Source: Gemmatimonadota bacterium
GTDB lineage: Bacteria > Gemmatimonadota > Gemmatimonadetes > Gemmatimonadales > GWC2-71-9
Direction of reading: 5' to 3'
DNA length: 64,000 nt
NCBI GenBank assembly: GCA_039589275.1
Contig: JBDHHP010000029.1
Coordinates: 1,109-65,108, forward strand
The position numbers and the translations under genes were made by a program. The notes beneath the pieces were generated by a model. The model was not told where the DNA came from. It saw only the letters and a list, made by a program, of their open reading frames with translations, and searched no databases. Shown in pieces: positions 47,411-56,077 of the stretch (its first letter is position 1; each line of letters starts with the position of its first letter).

Positions 47411-49370
47411 CAACCTCCTCCTCTCTCATACTTGGGCCCTTGATCGGCAACATGACGCGGAACGCTGCTCCCTTGCCCGGCTCGGACTCGACAGCGGTGC
47501 TACCGCCGTGGGAGCCCACGATTCGAGCCACAACTGCCAATCCCATTCCAGTGCCCTTCTTCTTCTTGGTGCTGAAGAACGGCGTGAAGATCTTGGCCTG
47601 GACTTCCTCAGCTATTCCTTCCCCGTTGTCGCTGACCTCAATTTCCACATAACCGTCGACGCTGGCCCGCTCCACCTTCAGCCTAACCTCTGGTTGTTCC
47701 TCCTCACCGTACTTCTTCCATGAACAAGCGTCTTGGGAGTTTGAAAGTAAATCCATCACTACCGAACGGATCAACTCCGGGTCGCACTCGATCATTGGCA
47801 AATCATCAGTCACCTCGACGGACAATTGTATGCCAGACCCTTTGAACTTAGCATCGCTCAGCGAGTGGATCTTGTTCGCCAGGGCGGCCAAGTCAGTGGG
47901 TTTCAGATCGAGATCCCGTTCCCTGGCAAAGTCCAACATGCTCTTTGACATCTCGGTCATGTTGGTAATACCCTCTTCCACCATCTGCCACCCCTCACTC
48001 AGCATCTGCTTGTTGTCCTTCGACAAGCCCAGCCTGACCATGTAGGATCCGCCCTTGAGGACGTTGAGCAGGTTCTTGATGGAATGCTGGATCCCGGTCA
48101 ACGCCTGTCCCAAAGCTGCCATTCTCTCGGATTGGAGCAGCTTCCGCTGCAGTCGGATTTCCCTAGTGACGTCCTTACTGATACCGATTGTCCCGATGGC
48201 CATGCCCTCCGGATCCCGCAGCCGCGACAGGGTCAGCAAGACGTGCCGAGCATCTCCACCTTTGGTCTTGAAACGAGTCAGATAATTCACCACGTGGTCG
48301 GTATCACGCAGTTGATCGATGGCGACGTCTCGCTCTCGTGGATCGGCGAACAGCATCTCGATTCTGCGCCCAACCACTTCCTCCCGATTGTATCCCAGTA
48401 TCTGCTCCGCGCCTCTGTTGAAGGAGTCGATCAGACCGGTGGGATCCACGGTAATGATAATGTCAGGAGAGTTCTCGACGATTTCCTGCAAGTACTCCTG
48501 CGTGTTCAGGAGCTCGGAGTAGGTTGTGGAGAACTCTGACGTGATGCTGTCGAAAATCTGCTCAACCTGAGCTAAGCCATCCCTCTTGGGATCACTGAAC
48601 CTGAAACTGTAGTCATGGTCAGCGAGGCGCTGCGCTCCCTCACGAAGTGCACGGATCCGGGTGCCCACGAGTCTGTCCGTCATCCACCAGGTGGCTGCCG
48701 TGCCGATCAACAAGGCTACGAGGACAATCATCGCAGTCTGAAAGTTGCGTTGCGCGATGAGATCGTCGACGCGGGCCAAGGAATAATCCGCCTGAATCAC
48801 CCCAAGCAACTGGCCATCCGCCGCCCCGGAGTGACACTCGGCAGCGCTGCACCCTGCCTCGCTGACGACGGGTGTCACTACCGACACAACCCTTTCGCCA
48901 TCCGCCAAACTGAGGACTTCATCAAAGCTCCCAACAATCCAGTCCAAGGTCTGACCCGATGGCCCATGACAAACGTTGCAGGGCCAGGACTCCGGTTGTA
49001 CGGTGACATCGCCTTCCTGCAACTGGGATGCTACCACCCGTCCGTCGTGCGCGATGAGCCGGATGTCTCGGAAGGCGGGGTTCTCCGACGCCATCCGATT
49101 GACCGTGGCCCCGAGGGTCGGGTGCCCGTCACGCAGCATGAGATCCTCGATCCTGCCATGGATTCTCTCAGATGTCACTCTCGATAGGTCGCGTGCGGAG
49201 CTCAACTCTGCGCGCTCGAAACTCAGGTTGGTTAGGTAACTCGAGATTCCGAGAACGCAAACGAGTATGACCAGCATCACACCGTTCACCTGCCAGACCA
49301 GTCGCCGCCTTCTCAACACGGCCGGCAGAACCTGACTGTCTCTGGCTGGTTCGATTTGGTCTCTGCTCAT
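47382..49370 (-). CDS. sensor histidine kinase (periplasmic loop with haem-c motifs, HAMP, PAS, HisKA, HATPase)
   Basis: From ORF 47382..49448, with the likely ATG at 49370. Two TM helices bracket a ~165-aa loop containing CNVCH and CSAAECH. A PAS region follows (IITVDPTGLI...). The H-box-like segment is IQHSIKNLLN, and the G-boxes are DNGEGI and GTGMGL. Confidence 0.85.
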   Translation of the reverse strand: MSRDQIEPARDSQVLPAVLRRRRLVWQVNGVMLVILVCVLGISSYLTNLSFERAELSSARDLSRVTSERIHGRIEDLMLRDGHPTLGATVNRMASENPAFRDIRLIAHDGRVVASQLQEGDVTVQPESWPCNVCHGPSGQTLDWIVGSFDEVLSLADGERVVSVVTPVVSEAGCSAAECHSGAADGQLLGVIQADYSLARVDDLIAQRNFQTAMIVLVALLIGTAATWWMTDRLVGTRIRALREGAQRLADHDYSFRFSDPKRDGLAQVEQIFDSITSEFSTTYSELLNTQEYLQEIVENSPDIIITVDPTGLIDSFNRGAEQILGYNREEVVGRRIEMLFADPRERDVAIDQLRDTDHVVNYLTRFKTKGGDARHVLLTLSRLRDPEGMAIGTIGISKDVTREIRLQRKLLQSERMAALGQALTGIQHSIKNLLNVLKGGSYMVRLGLSKDNKQMLSEGWQMVEEGITNMTEMSKSMLDFARERDLDLKPTDLAALANKIHSLSDAKFKGSGIQLSVEVTDDLPMIECDPELIRSVVMDLLSNSQDACSWKKYGEEEQPEVRLKVERASVDGYVEIEVSDNGEGIAEEVQAKIFTPFFSTKKKKGTGMGLAVVARIVGSHGGSTAVESEPGKGAAFRVMLPIKGPSMREEEVDVEAGVGSR

Positions 49371-49672
49371 CGCGCTCGATTCCTCGCAAACAGTGCATGA
49401 CGATCGGGTTGGAGCATCGCCACCTAGAACGCACATGAGAAGTGCCACTCCGACTGGCCCTGCGTAGTCCTGCGCGGCACTTCGTTTTGAATCTAGCGCC
49501 GAAGCGCATGATCCACGAGGTTCTCACTTGACCCGCCAACATGTTGTACAAAGCGCGCACACGTTTCGAGCGAACGTTTGATCTAGTGGCTGCTTTCGCC
49601 ACCCCACACAACTGGCTTTTGGACAGCGCGTGGCGTAAAACCACCTAATCGTGATAAAAATCTCAATGGGGG

Positions 49673-49700
49673 TTGACGCACGGTCAGTGTGAGGTAGAAT
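49673..49700 (+). promoter_or_regulatory. sigma-70-like promoter candidate for the qmo operon
   Basis: TTGACG (49673-49678), a 16-nt spacer, then TAGAAT (49695-49700). It lies about 240 nt upstream of the qmoA ATG. Confidence 0.4.
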
Positions 49701-49940
49701 CAAGAAGCGGCACAAAACGTGAAAAAAATCGCGGAAGCCTTGGCCAAGATGGTTCGCCAGAGAATTCGGCTCGACTTGAGGGGTTTATGGGCAGATACCG
49801 CAGCCATCCACATTCCCGCACTCCAAGCTCGCTTGGGTCGGGCATCGTGTTACCAGTCGTCAAGGCGTCAAGGTCACCCACTACACCATCCCTGAGACGA
49901 CACAACCAGCGTGTCGCAACTTGCATCCAGAGAGCGTGCT

Positions 49941-51200
49941 ATGAGTGGTGAGGCAAAGCCAATTCTAGTAATAGGAGGAGGGATTGCGGGAATGACCGCG
50001 GCGCTGGAAGCCGCGGAAGTCGGTTGCCCCGTGATTCTGGTCGAGAAGGACGCGTTCCTTGGCGGGCGCGTGATGCGCTCCTACAAATACTTCCCGAAGA
50101 TGTGTCCGCCAACTTGCGGGTTCGAGATCAACGCCCGCAGGATACGGCGCAATCCCAGGATAACCGTGCACACGCTGTCCACAGTGGAACAGGTTGCCGG
50201 TAAGGCGGGTGACTTCACCGTCAAGATCAAGAAGCGACCGCGTTACGTCACTGGGCAGTGCTCACTGGACGAGTCTATCGCGGAACAGCTCACATCCGAA
50301 CGGCCCGACGACTTGAACATGGGAATGGGCACAACCAAGGCCCTGTACTACCCGCACGACATGGCGTACCCGCCGTTCCACATGCTCGACAAGGAGGCCC
50401 TTTCTGAGTCTGACGTTCAGACCCTCACTAAGGTGGCCCCCGCAGGAGCCATTGACCTGGACATGGCGGAAGAAGACCTCGAGGCCGACGTTGGCGCGAT
50501 CATAATCGCGACCGGCTGGAGGCCCTATGATGCCAGCAAGCTCGACAACCTAGGCTTCGGGCAGTGCGAAAACGTCATCACCAACGTGATGATGGAGCGT
50601 ATAGCTGACCCTCGAGGACCCACGGGTGGAAAGATCTTACGCCCCTCTGACGGGAACAGCGCCAAGAACGTTGCGTTCGTGCAATGTGCGGGCTCGAGAG
50701 ACGAGAACCACCTGCCCTACTGCTCCGCGGTTTGTTGTATGGCGTCGCTCAAACAGGCTCGATACCTGAGGGAAAGCAATGAAGACGCTAAGGTGACCGT
50801 GTTCTACATCGACATTCGCACCATCGGCCGATTGGAGAAGTTCTACTACGGCCTGCTGGAAGACGCCAACGTCTCGTTTGTCAAAGGCAAAGTAGGCAAG
50901 ATTACAGAAGACCCGGGCAGCAAGGACTTGATCCTGGACGTAGAAGACACCATAGCCGGTGAGAAGCCCGAACAGAGCTTCGACATGGTGGTGCTGGCCA
51001 CTGGCATCGTGCCAAATACGGCCGATGTCAAGATACCGTTCGAGTTGGAGTACGATGAGTACGGCTTTGTCGATAGTGTCACGGACGTGGACGGAATCTA
51101 TGCCGCAGGTTGCGCAAAGCACCCCTGCGATGTCTCCCGTGCGACCAAGGAATCGACGGCAGCCGCACTGAAGGCAATTCAGTGCGTCAAAAGAGGATGA
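49941..51200 (+). CDS. qmoA: QmoA (HdrA-like FAD/FeS flavoprotein)
   Basis: From ORF 49911..51200 with the ATG at 49941. Reads PILVIGGGIAGMTAALEAAEVGCPVILVEK...LGGR....YKYFPKMCPPTCG.EIN.RRI..NP.... Confidence 0.8.
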   Translation: MSGEAKPILVIGGGIAGMTAALEAAEVGCPVILVEKDAFLGGRVMRSYKYFPKMCPPTCGFEINARRIRRNPRITVHTLSTVEQVAGKAGDFTVKIKKRPRYVTGQCSLDESIAEQLTSERPDDLNMGMGTTKALYYPHDMAYPPFHMLDKEALSESDVQTLTKVAPAGAIDLDMAEEDLEADVGAIIIATGWRPYDASKLDNLGFGQCENVITNVMMERIADPRGPTGGKILRPSDGNSAKNVAFVQCAGSRDENHLPYCSAVCCMASLKQARYLRESNEDAKVTVFYIDIRTIGRLEKFYYGLLEDANVSFVKGKVGKITEDPGSKDLILDVEDTIAGEKPEQSFDMVVLATGIVPNTADVKIPFELEYDEYGFVDSVTDVDGIYAAGCAKHPCDVSRATKESTAAALKAIQCVKRG

Positions 51201-51205
51201 CCCCA

Positions 51206-53479
51206 ATGGAAGACAAGATCGGTGTTTTCGTCTGTACCGGTTATGGAATAGCAGAGGCCCTCGACGTCGATGCGCTGTGCAAAGTGGCAACCGAAGAGTT
51301 CAGTGTGCCATTCTGCAAAGCAGTCGAGTCCTGCGAGGGGCCGGGACTAGCGGCGATCAACGAGGATATCAACAACGAAGGCCTGAACAAGGCACTCATT
51401 GCCGGCATATCTCCGCGCCGCTATCCCGATGATGCGTTTCCGGACGGTGTGATCGTCGAGCCCGTGGCCATTCGGGAGCACGTCGTGTGGAGCCTGCCCG
51501 GAAGCGAGGAAGACACGCAGATGGCGGCGCAGGATTACCTCCGCATGTACCTAACGAAACTGCAGAAGACGAAGCCGTTAGAGCCGTTTCAGCCCGATGA
51601 GGAGATTGATAAGAGCCTCCTCGTGGTTGGTGGCGGAATAGCAGGTTTGACTGCGGCGGTGGAAGCGGCCAACGCGGGATATGATGTGAGGCTGGTGGAG
51701 AGAACTGACAAGCTCGGTGGCTGGCTGGCCAAGCAGCACAAATCGATTCCCACCAAACCTCCGTACCGCGAACTCGAGGACACAGGCATTGACGCCCTGA
51801 TCGCGGAGGTCGACGGGCATCCGAGAATCCAACTGTACACATCGGCCACTACTAGCCAGATCCTCGGAGCGCCGGGCCTATTCGACGTCACACTGAAGTC
51901 GACGGGAAACGGAAAACCTGAGGGCGAGGTCATCGACGAGTTCCGCATCGGAGCGATCGTTCAGGCTACGGGTTGGACGCCGGACGATCCCCGTGACAAC
52001 CTGCCGTACGGCGGACTCGACGACGTGATTCGAAACGTCGACCTCGAGGAGATGGTCAAGAACCAGGGCCGCATTACCCGCCCGTCCGACGGCAAAGAAG
52101 TGAAGAACATTGCCTTCATACAGTGTGGCGGGTGCAAAGACAAAGAGCACCATTCATACTGTTCGTCCATCTGCTGTCTCACCTCGCTCAAACAGGCACT
52201 TTACCTGCGCGAGCAAGACAAGGACTCCAAGGCCTACATCTTCTACGAGTTCATGCGTACGCCAGGTAAGTACGAGAGCTTCTACCGCAGGACGCAAGAA
52301 GATGAGGGAGTGTTCCCGACGAGGGGAGAAGTGACAGACGTTCAGCGCGGCGATGACGGTGTGCTCAACGTAACGGTTCGCGACACAATGCTTGGCAAAC
52401 AGATACAGGTCAACGTGGATCTCGTGGTCCTGGCAGCCGGCATGATCCCGAATTCGGCGGACGGAGAAGCCATCCGGGCACTGGAGGATGCCAAGATAAC
52501 ACTCGTCGAGGGGGATTCGGAGACCAAGAAGAAGGACGCCGCTGAAACAGTCGAGAAGCTCATACAACACGAGGGAACCGAGATACTGAACCTCGGTTAC
52601 CGGCAGGGCCCCGACCTGCCGACCCTGGAGTATGGTTTCCCGGATTCACACTTCATCTGCTTTCCCTATGAAAGCCGTCGCACAGGCATCTATCCCACAG
52701 GTGCCGCACGCCAGCCGATGGACGGTCTGGGAAGCAGAGAAGACGCAACAGGTGCCGCATTGAAGGCAATTCAATGCGTCGAGATGACTTCGCGGGGAGA
52801 GGCAGTACACCCCCGTGCCGGTGACAGATCCTACCCGGACTTCTTTATGCAGCGATGCACGAAGTGCAAGCGTTGCACAGAGGAGTGTCCTTTCGGCGTT
52901 CTCAATGAGGACAAGGAGGGCACGCCGCTGCTGAGAGCCACGCGGTGCCGCCGCTGTGGAGTCTGTATGGGTGCCTGTCCCGAGAGAATCGTCTCCTTCA
53001 AGGATTACTCGGTCGACATTGTCGGATCGATGATAAAGGCGGTCGACGTCCCGGACGAGTTTGAGGAGAAACCCAGGATCCTCGTGATTGCCTGCGAGAA
53101 CGACGCTTTCCCGGCATTCGACCTACTAGGCCAGCGTAGACTGGAGGGCAATCCATGGGTCAGAGTCGTGCCAGTCAGGTGTCTGGGATCCGTCAACTTC
53201 GTTTGGATTACTGATGCAATGTCAGCCGGATATGACGGAGTGATCTTGATGGGCTGTAAGTACGGCGATGACTATCAGTGCCATTTCGTCAAAGGCAGTG
53301 AACTGGCATCGGTGCGTGAGAAGAACGTCAGAGAGAAACTCGAACAGATGGCAATGGACACGGAGAGGGTAGAACTCCATCAGCTGCAGATCGACGAATA
53401 CTACAAGCTCCCAGGCATATTTGAGAAATTCACGGAGCTGATCGATGAAATCGGTATGAACCCGTTCAAGGGGATGTAA
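51206..53479 (+). CDS. qmoB: QmoB (HdrA-like flavoprotein with C-terminal MvhD-like domain)
   Basis: From ORF 51110..53479. An AGAGGA lies ~9 nt before the ATG at 51206 (MEDKIGVFVCTGYGI); an alternative ATG at 51197 overlaps the qmoA stop. Contains VVGGGIAGLTAA, two CxxCxxCxxxCP groups, and the MvhD-like RILVIACENDA...VRCLGSV...GCKYGDDYQCHF. Confidence 0.8.
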   Translation: MEDKIGVFVCTGYGIAEALDVDALCKVATEEFSVPFCKAVESCEGPGLAAINEDINNEGLNKALIAGISPRRYPDDAFPDGVIVEPVAIREHVVWSLPGSEEDTQMAAQDYLRMYLTKLQKTKPLEPFQPDEEIDKSLLVVGGGIAGLTAAVEAANAGYDVRLVERTDKLGGWLAKQHKSIPTKPPYRELEDTGIDALIAEVDGHPRIQLYTSATTSQILGAPGLFDVTLKSTGNGKPEGEVIDEFRIGAIVQATGWTPDDPRDNLPYGGLDDVIRNVDLEEMVKNQGRITRPSDGKEVKNIAFIQCGGCKDKEHHSYCSSICCLTSLKQALYLREQDKDSKAYIFYEFMRTPGKYESFYRRTQEDEGVFPTRGEVTDVQRGDDGVLNVTVRDTMLGKQIQVNVDLVVLAAGMIPNSADGEAIRALEDAKITLVEGDSETKKKDAAETVEKLIQHEGTEILNLGYRQGPDLPTLEYGFPDSHFICFPYESRRTGIYPTGAARQPMDGLGSREDATGAALKAIQCVEMTSRGEAVHPRAGDRSYPDFFMQRCTKCKRCTEECPFGVLNEDKEGTPLLRATRCRRCGVCMGACPERIVSFKDYSVDIVGSMIKAVDVPDEFEEKPRILVIACENDAFPAFDLLGQRRLEGNPWVRVVPVRCLGSVNFVWITDAMSAGYDGVILMGCKYGDDYQCHFVKGSELASVREKNVREKLEQMAMDTERVELHQLQIDEYYKLPGIFEKFTELIDEIGMNPFKGM

Positions 53480-53560
53480 TCGGGATGTGATTGACGTGTA
53501 GCGGGCCGCAGCAGCTGGAGTTGGTGACAACTCGAGGTGGTAGTTGGAGGAGCGACGACC

Positions 53561-54895
53561 ATGGTGACTGCTGGAATCGCGGCACCCGGGAAACCGGACA
53601 TGACCGAGCAGGGGACTTCTCAAACCACCCCTGCCCAGTTCAACGACAGTGGATCGGCTCTGATCGATCCCGATCTCGACTTCATCCGGACGCTGTCCCA
53701 ACAGAGCGGCGAGTCATACAGGAAGTGCTTCCAGTGCGGTACGTGCTCGGCAACCTGCCCCATCTCGCCAGACAAAGATCCCTTCCCACGCAAGGAGATG
53801 GCCTGGGCTGTCTGGGGCCTGAAAGATCGCCTCCTACAGGACCCTGACGTATGGCTGTGTCACCACTGCAACGACTGCTCGGTTAGTTGCCCGCGTAGCG
53901 GCGGCCCAGGAGATGTACTGGCAGCGGTGCGGAGAGCAAGCGTAATACACTACGCTGCCCCACGTTTCCTAGCGAGATGGGTTAACCAACCGCGCTTCGT
54001 GCCGCTCCTCTTGGGTCTCCCTGCGCTCCTGTTGGGACTCGCGGTATGGCTGCGCGAGCCGATCGGAAACGCTCTGGGATTCGCCGTGCCTACTGGTGAC
54101 TCGATCGTGTATGCCTACTCCTACATGTATCCGCATTGGCTGCTCAATAGCTTCTTCGGCATCTTCACACTACTGGCCCTGACCGCCGCGATCATCGGAC
54201 TAGTGCGATTCATCCGAGTCATTAAGGCCCCTAAGGTCTGGGGTGCCACCGGTCCGCCGGATCGCAGCTTCGTGGGCAGCGCGTGGACAGCAATCAAGCA
54301 GATCTTCACACACGACAAGTTCACGTCATGCACTGCCGAGCACTCACGTCCGCTGTCTCATCTATGTGTGTTCATCGGCTTCATCGCGCTCTCCGTTGTC
54401 ACGTTCTGGGTGATCACGGGGCCAATCAATCCCTTGCTCAAAGACGGATTCATCTACCCGTTCAGTTTCTGGAGTCCCTGGAAGCTGTTGGCAAATGTCG
54501 GCGGAGCGGCGGTCTTCTTCGGATGCGTTCTGATGATTAGGCAGCGGCTCCGCAACCGAGACAACGCTGGCTTGAGCACCTACTTCGACTGGGCGCTTGT
54601 CTGGACTCTGTTCGCCGTAGTAGTGAGCGGCTTCGCCACAGAAGCGCTGCATTACTTGCGGATGGTACCACACCGGCACGTTGTCTACTTCATTCACCTC
54701 ATCTTCGTATTCGCCCTCCTCATCTACCTACCCTACTCGAAGTTCGCACACATACTGTATCGCACCGCGGCCATGATCTACGCTGAGTACTACGGTCGCA
54801 ACGGCAGCGGGTCCAGTGTTGCCACTTCGCGCGTGGGAAGAACCGATGACGAGTTACACGTCCAAACCCCAACGAGCGGTGGAGCGTTGCCATGA
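53561..54895 (+). CDS. qmoC: QmoC (HdrC-like FeS domain fused to NarI/HdrE-like membrane cytochrome b domain)
   Basis: From ORF 53537..54895. A GGAGGAG lies 8 nt before the ATG at 53561. Contains CFQCGTCSATCP and CHHCNDCSVSCP, followed by ~6 hydrophobic helices with conserved His. Confidence 0.75.
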   Translation: MVTAGIAAPGKPDMTEQGTSQTTPAQFNDSGSALIDPDLDFIRTLSQQSGESYRKCFQCGTCSATCPISPDKDPFPRKEMAWAVWGLKDRLLQDPDVWLCHHCNDCSVSCPRSGGPGDVLAAVRRASVIHYAAPRFLARWVNQPRFVPLLLGLPALLLGLAVWLREPIGNALGFAVPTGDSIVYAYSYMYPHWLLNSFFGIFTLLALTAAIIGLVRFIRVIKAPKVWGATGPPDRSFVGSAWTAIKQIFTHDKFTSCTAEHSRPLSHLCVFIGFIALSVVTFWVITGPINPLLKDGFIYPFSFWSPWKLLANVGGAAVFFGCVLMIRQRLRNRDNAGLSTYFDWALVWTLFAVVVSGFATEALHYLRMVPHRHVVYFIHLIFVFALLIYLPYSKFAHILYRTAAMIYAEYYGRNGSGSSVATSRVGRTDDELHVQTPTSGGALP

Positions 54896-55299
54896 AGCTC
54901 AGCACAGCACTGCGCGGCAAGAAACTCGGCGCCGTCGTCACCGTCATGATCGTCATCATTCTGCTGCCATTCGGATTCAGCGTTGCCAGTCTCGCAATCC
55001 CGGGTGGTGACCAGATGCCAGACGTGTTCCTCGAGATGCCGGCAGCTCAGTTCGATAGCTGTGTCAGGGACACGGAATACATGCGCTTTCGCCACATGGA
55101 TCTCCTCAAGCAGATCAGAGAGGAGTTCATCCGCGACGGCATTAGGGGAAACGTGTCACTGACGGGCTGCAGGGACTGCCACACGAGCAGAGAGCGGTTC
55201 TGTGACCAGTGCCATCAGGCCGCCACCGTCATCCTCGATTGCTTCGGTTGTCACTACTATCCGGAGCCCGGCGAAGATAGCCGGCAGCTCGGATCGTGA
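54892..55299 (+). CDS. DsrJ-like membrane-anchored triheme cytochrome c
   Basis: 135 aa. The ATG overlaps the qmoC TGA. One N-terminal helix, then CRDCH, CDQCH and CFGCH, plus a conserved upstream Cys (FDSCVR). Confidence 0.7.
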   Translation: MKLSTALRGKKLGAVVTVMIVIILLPFGFSVASLAIPGGDQMPDVFLEMPAAQFDSCVRDTEYMRFRHMDLLKQIREEFIRDGIRGNVSLTGCRDCHTSRERFCDQCHQAATVILDCFGCHYYPEPGEDSRQLGS

Positions 55300-55307
55300 G
55301 GCGCAAC

Positions 55308-56054
55308 ATGGGCACCATGGATAGAAGGGACTTCCTGAAGAAGAGTGGTGCCGTCTTGGCCGGCACCTCTGGTGCGTTGAGCCTACCTCTTCTGACAGCG
55401 TGCGATGCCAATACTGCAAGTGCAGATAGTCCCCTGGCTGGACGCAAGTGGGGCATGGTGATCGATCTGAGCAAGTGCCAAGACGACTGTACCGCCTGCT
55501 TGGATGCGTGCAGGCACGAGAACAACGTGGCCTTTCATAACGACAAGCGATGGGACATACACTGGATCAGGAAGGTCAATATCAAGAGTAAGGAGTCCGA
55601 GGAACACGCCGAGAAATCCGTCATTTTGCTGTGCAACCACTGTGAGAACCCACCGTGTGCTCAGGTCTGCCCAGTACAGGCTACCTACAAACGAGCCGAC
55701 GGTATCGTCGTGGTGGATCACCACCGGTGTATCGGGTGTCGCTATTGCATGGTCGCTTGCCCTTACAACGCCAGGTTCTTCAACTACAAAGAGACCGAAG
55801 AATGGCCCAACACTGACTTCCCCAAGAGATCCCATGGGGTGGCCGAGTCATGCAACTTCTGCGCTCATTTGCTCGATCAAGGCAGAATGCCTGCGTGTGT
55901 CGAGGCGTGCGACGCGATGGAAATCCGAGCGCTGCATTTTGGGGACCTCAACGATCCGGGAAGCGAAGTGTCGCAGATCATTGAGACCACCCCCGTGAAG
56001 CGGATCCGCGATGATTGGGGCACCGAACCGAAAGTCTACTACTTGGGCCTGTAG
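55308..56054 (+). CDS. DsrO/NrfC/HybA-like Tat-exported 4Fe-4S ferredoxin subunit
   Basis: From ORF 55296..56054. The GTG at 55296 overlaps the upstream TGA, and a GTGAGG precedes the ATG at 55308. Tat motif DRRDFLKK. Cluster motifs CNHCENPPCAQVCP, CIGCRYCMVACP and CNFC...CVEAC. Confidence 0.85.
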   Translation: MGTMDRRDFLKKSGAVLAGTSGALSLPLLTACDANTASADSPLAGRKWGMVIDLSKCQDDCTACLDACRHENNVAFHNDKRWDIHWIRKVNIKSKESEEHAEKSVILLCNHCENPPCAQVCPVQATYKRADGIVVVDHHRCIGCRYCMVACPYNARFFNYKETEEWPNTDFPKRSHGVAESCNFCAHLLDQGRMPACVEACDAMEIRALHFGDLNDPGSEVSQIIETTPVKRIRDDWGTEPKVYYLGL

Positions 56055-56077
56055 GCCCGTTACCGTGAGGTAGTCGG

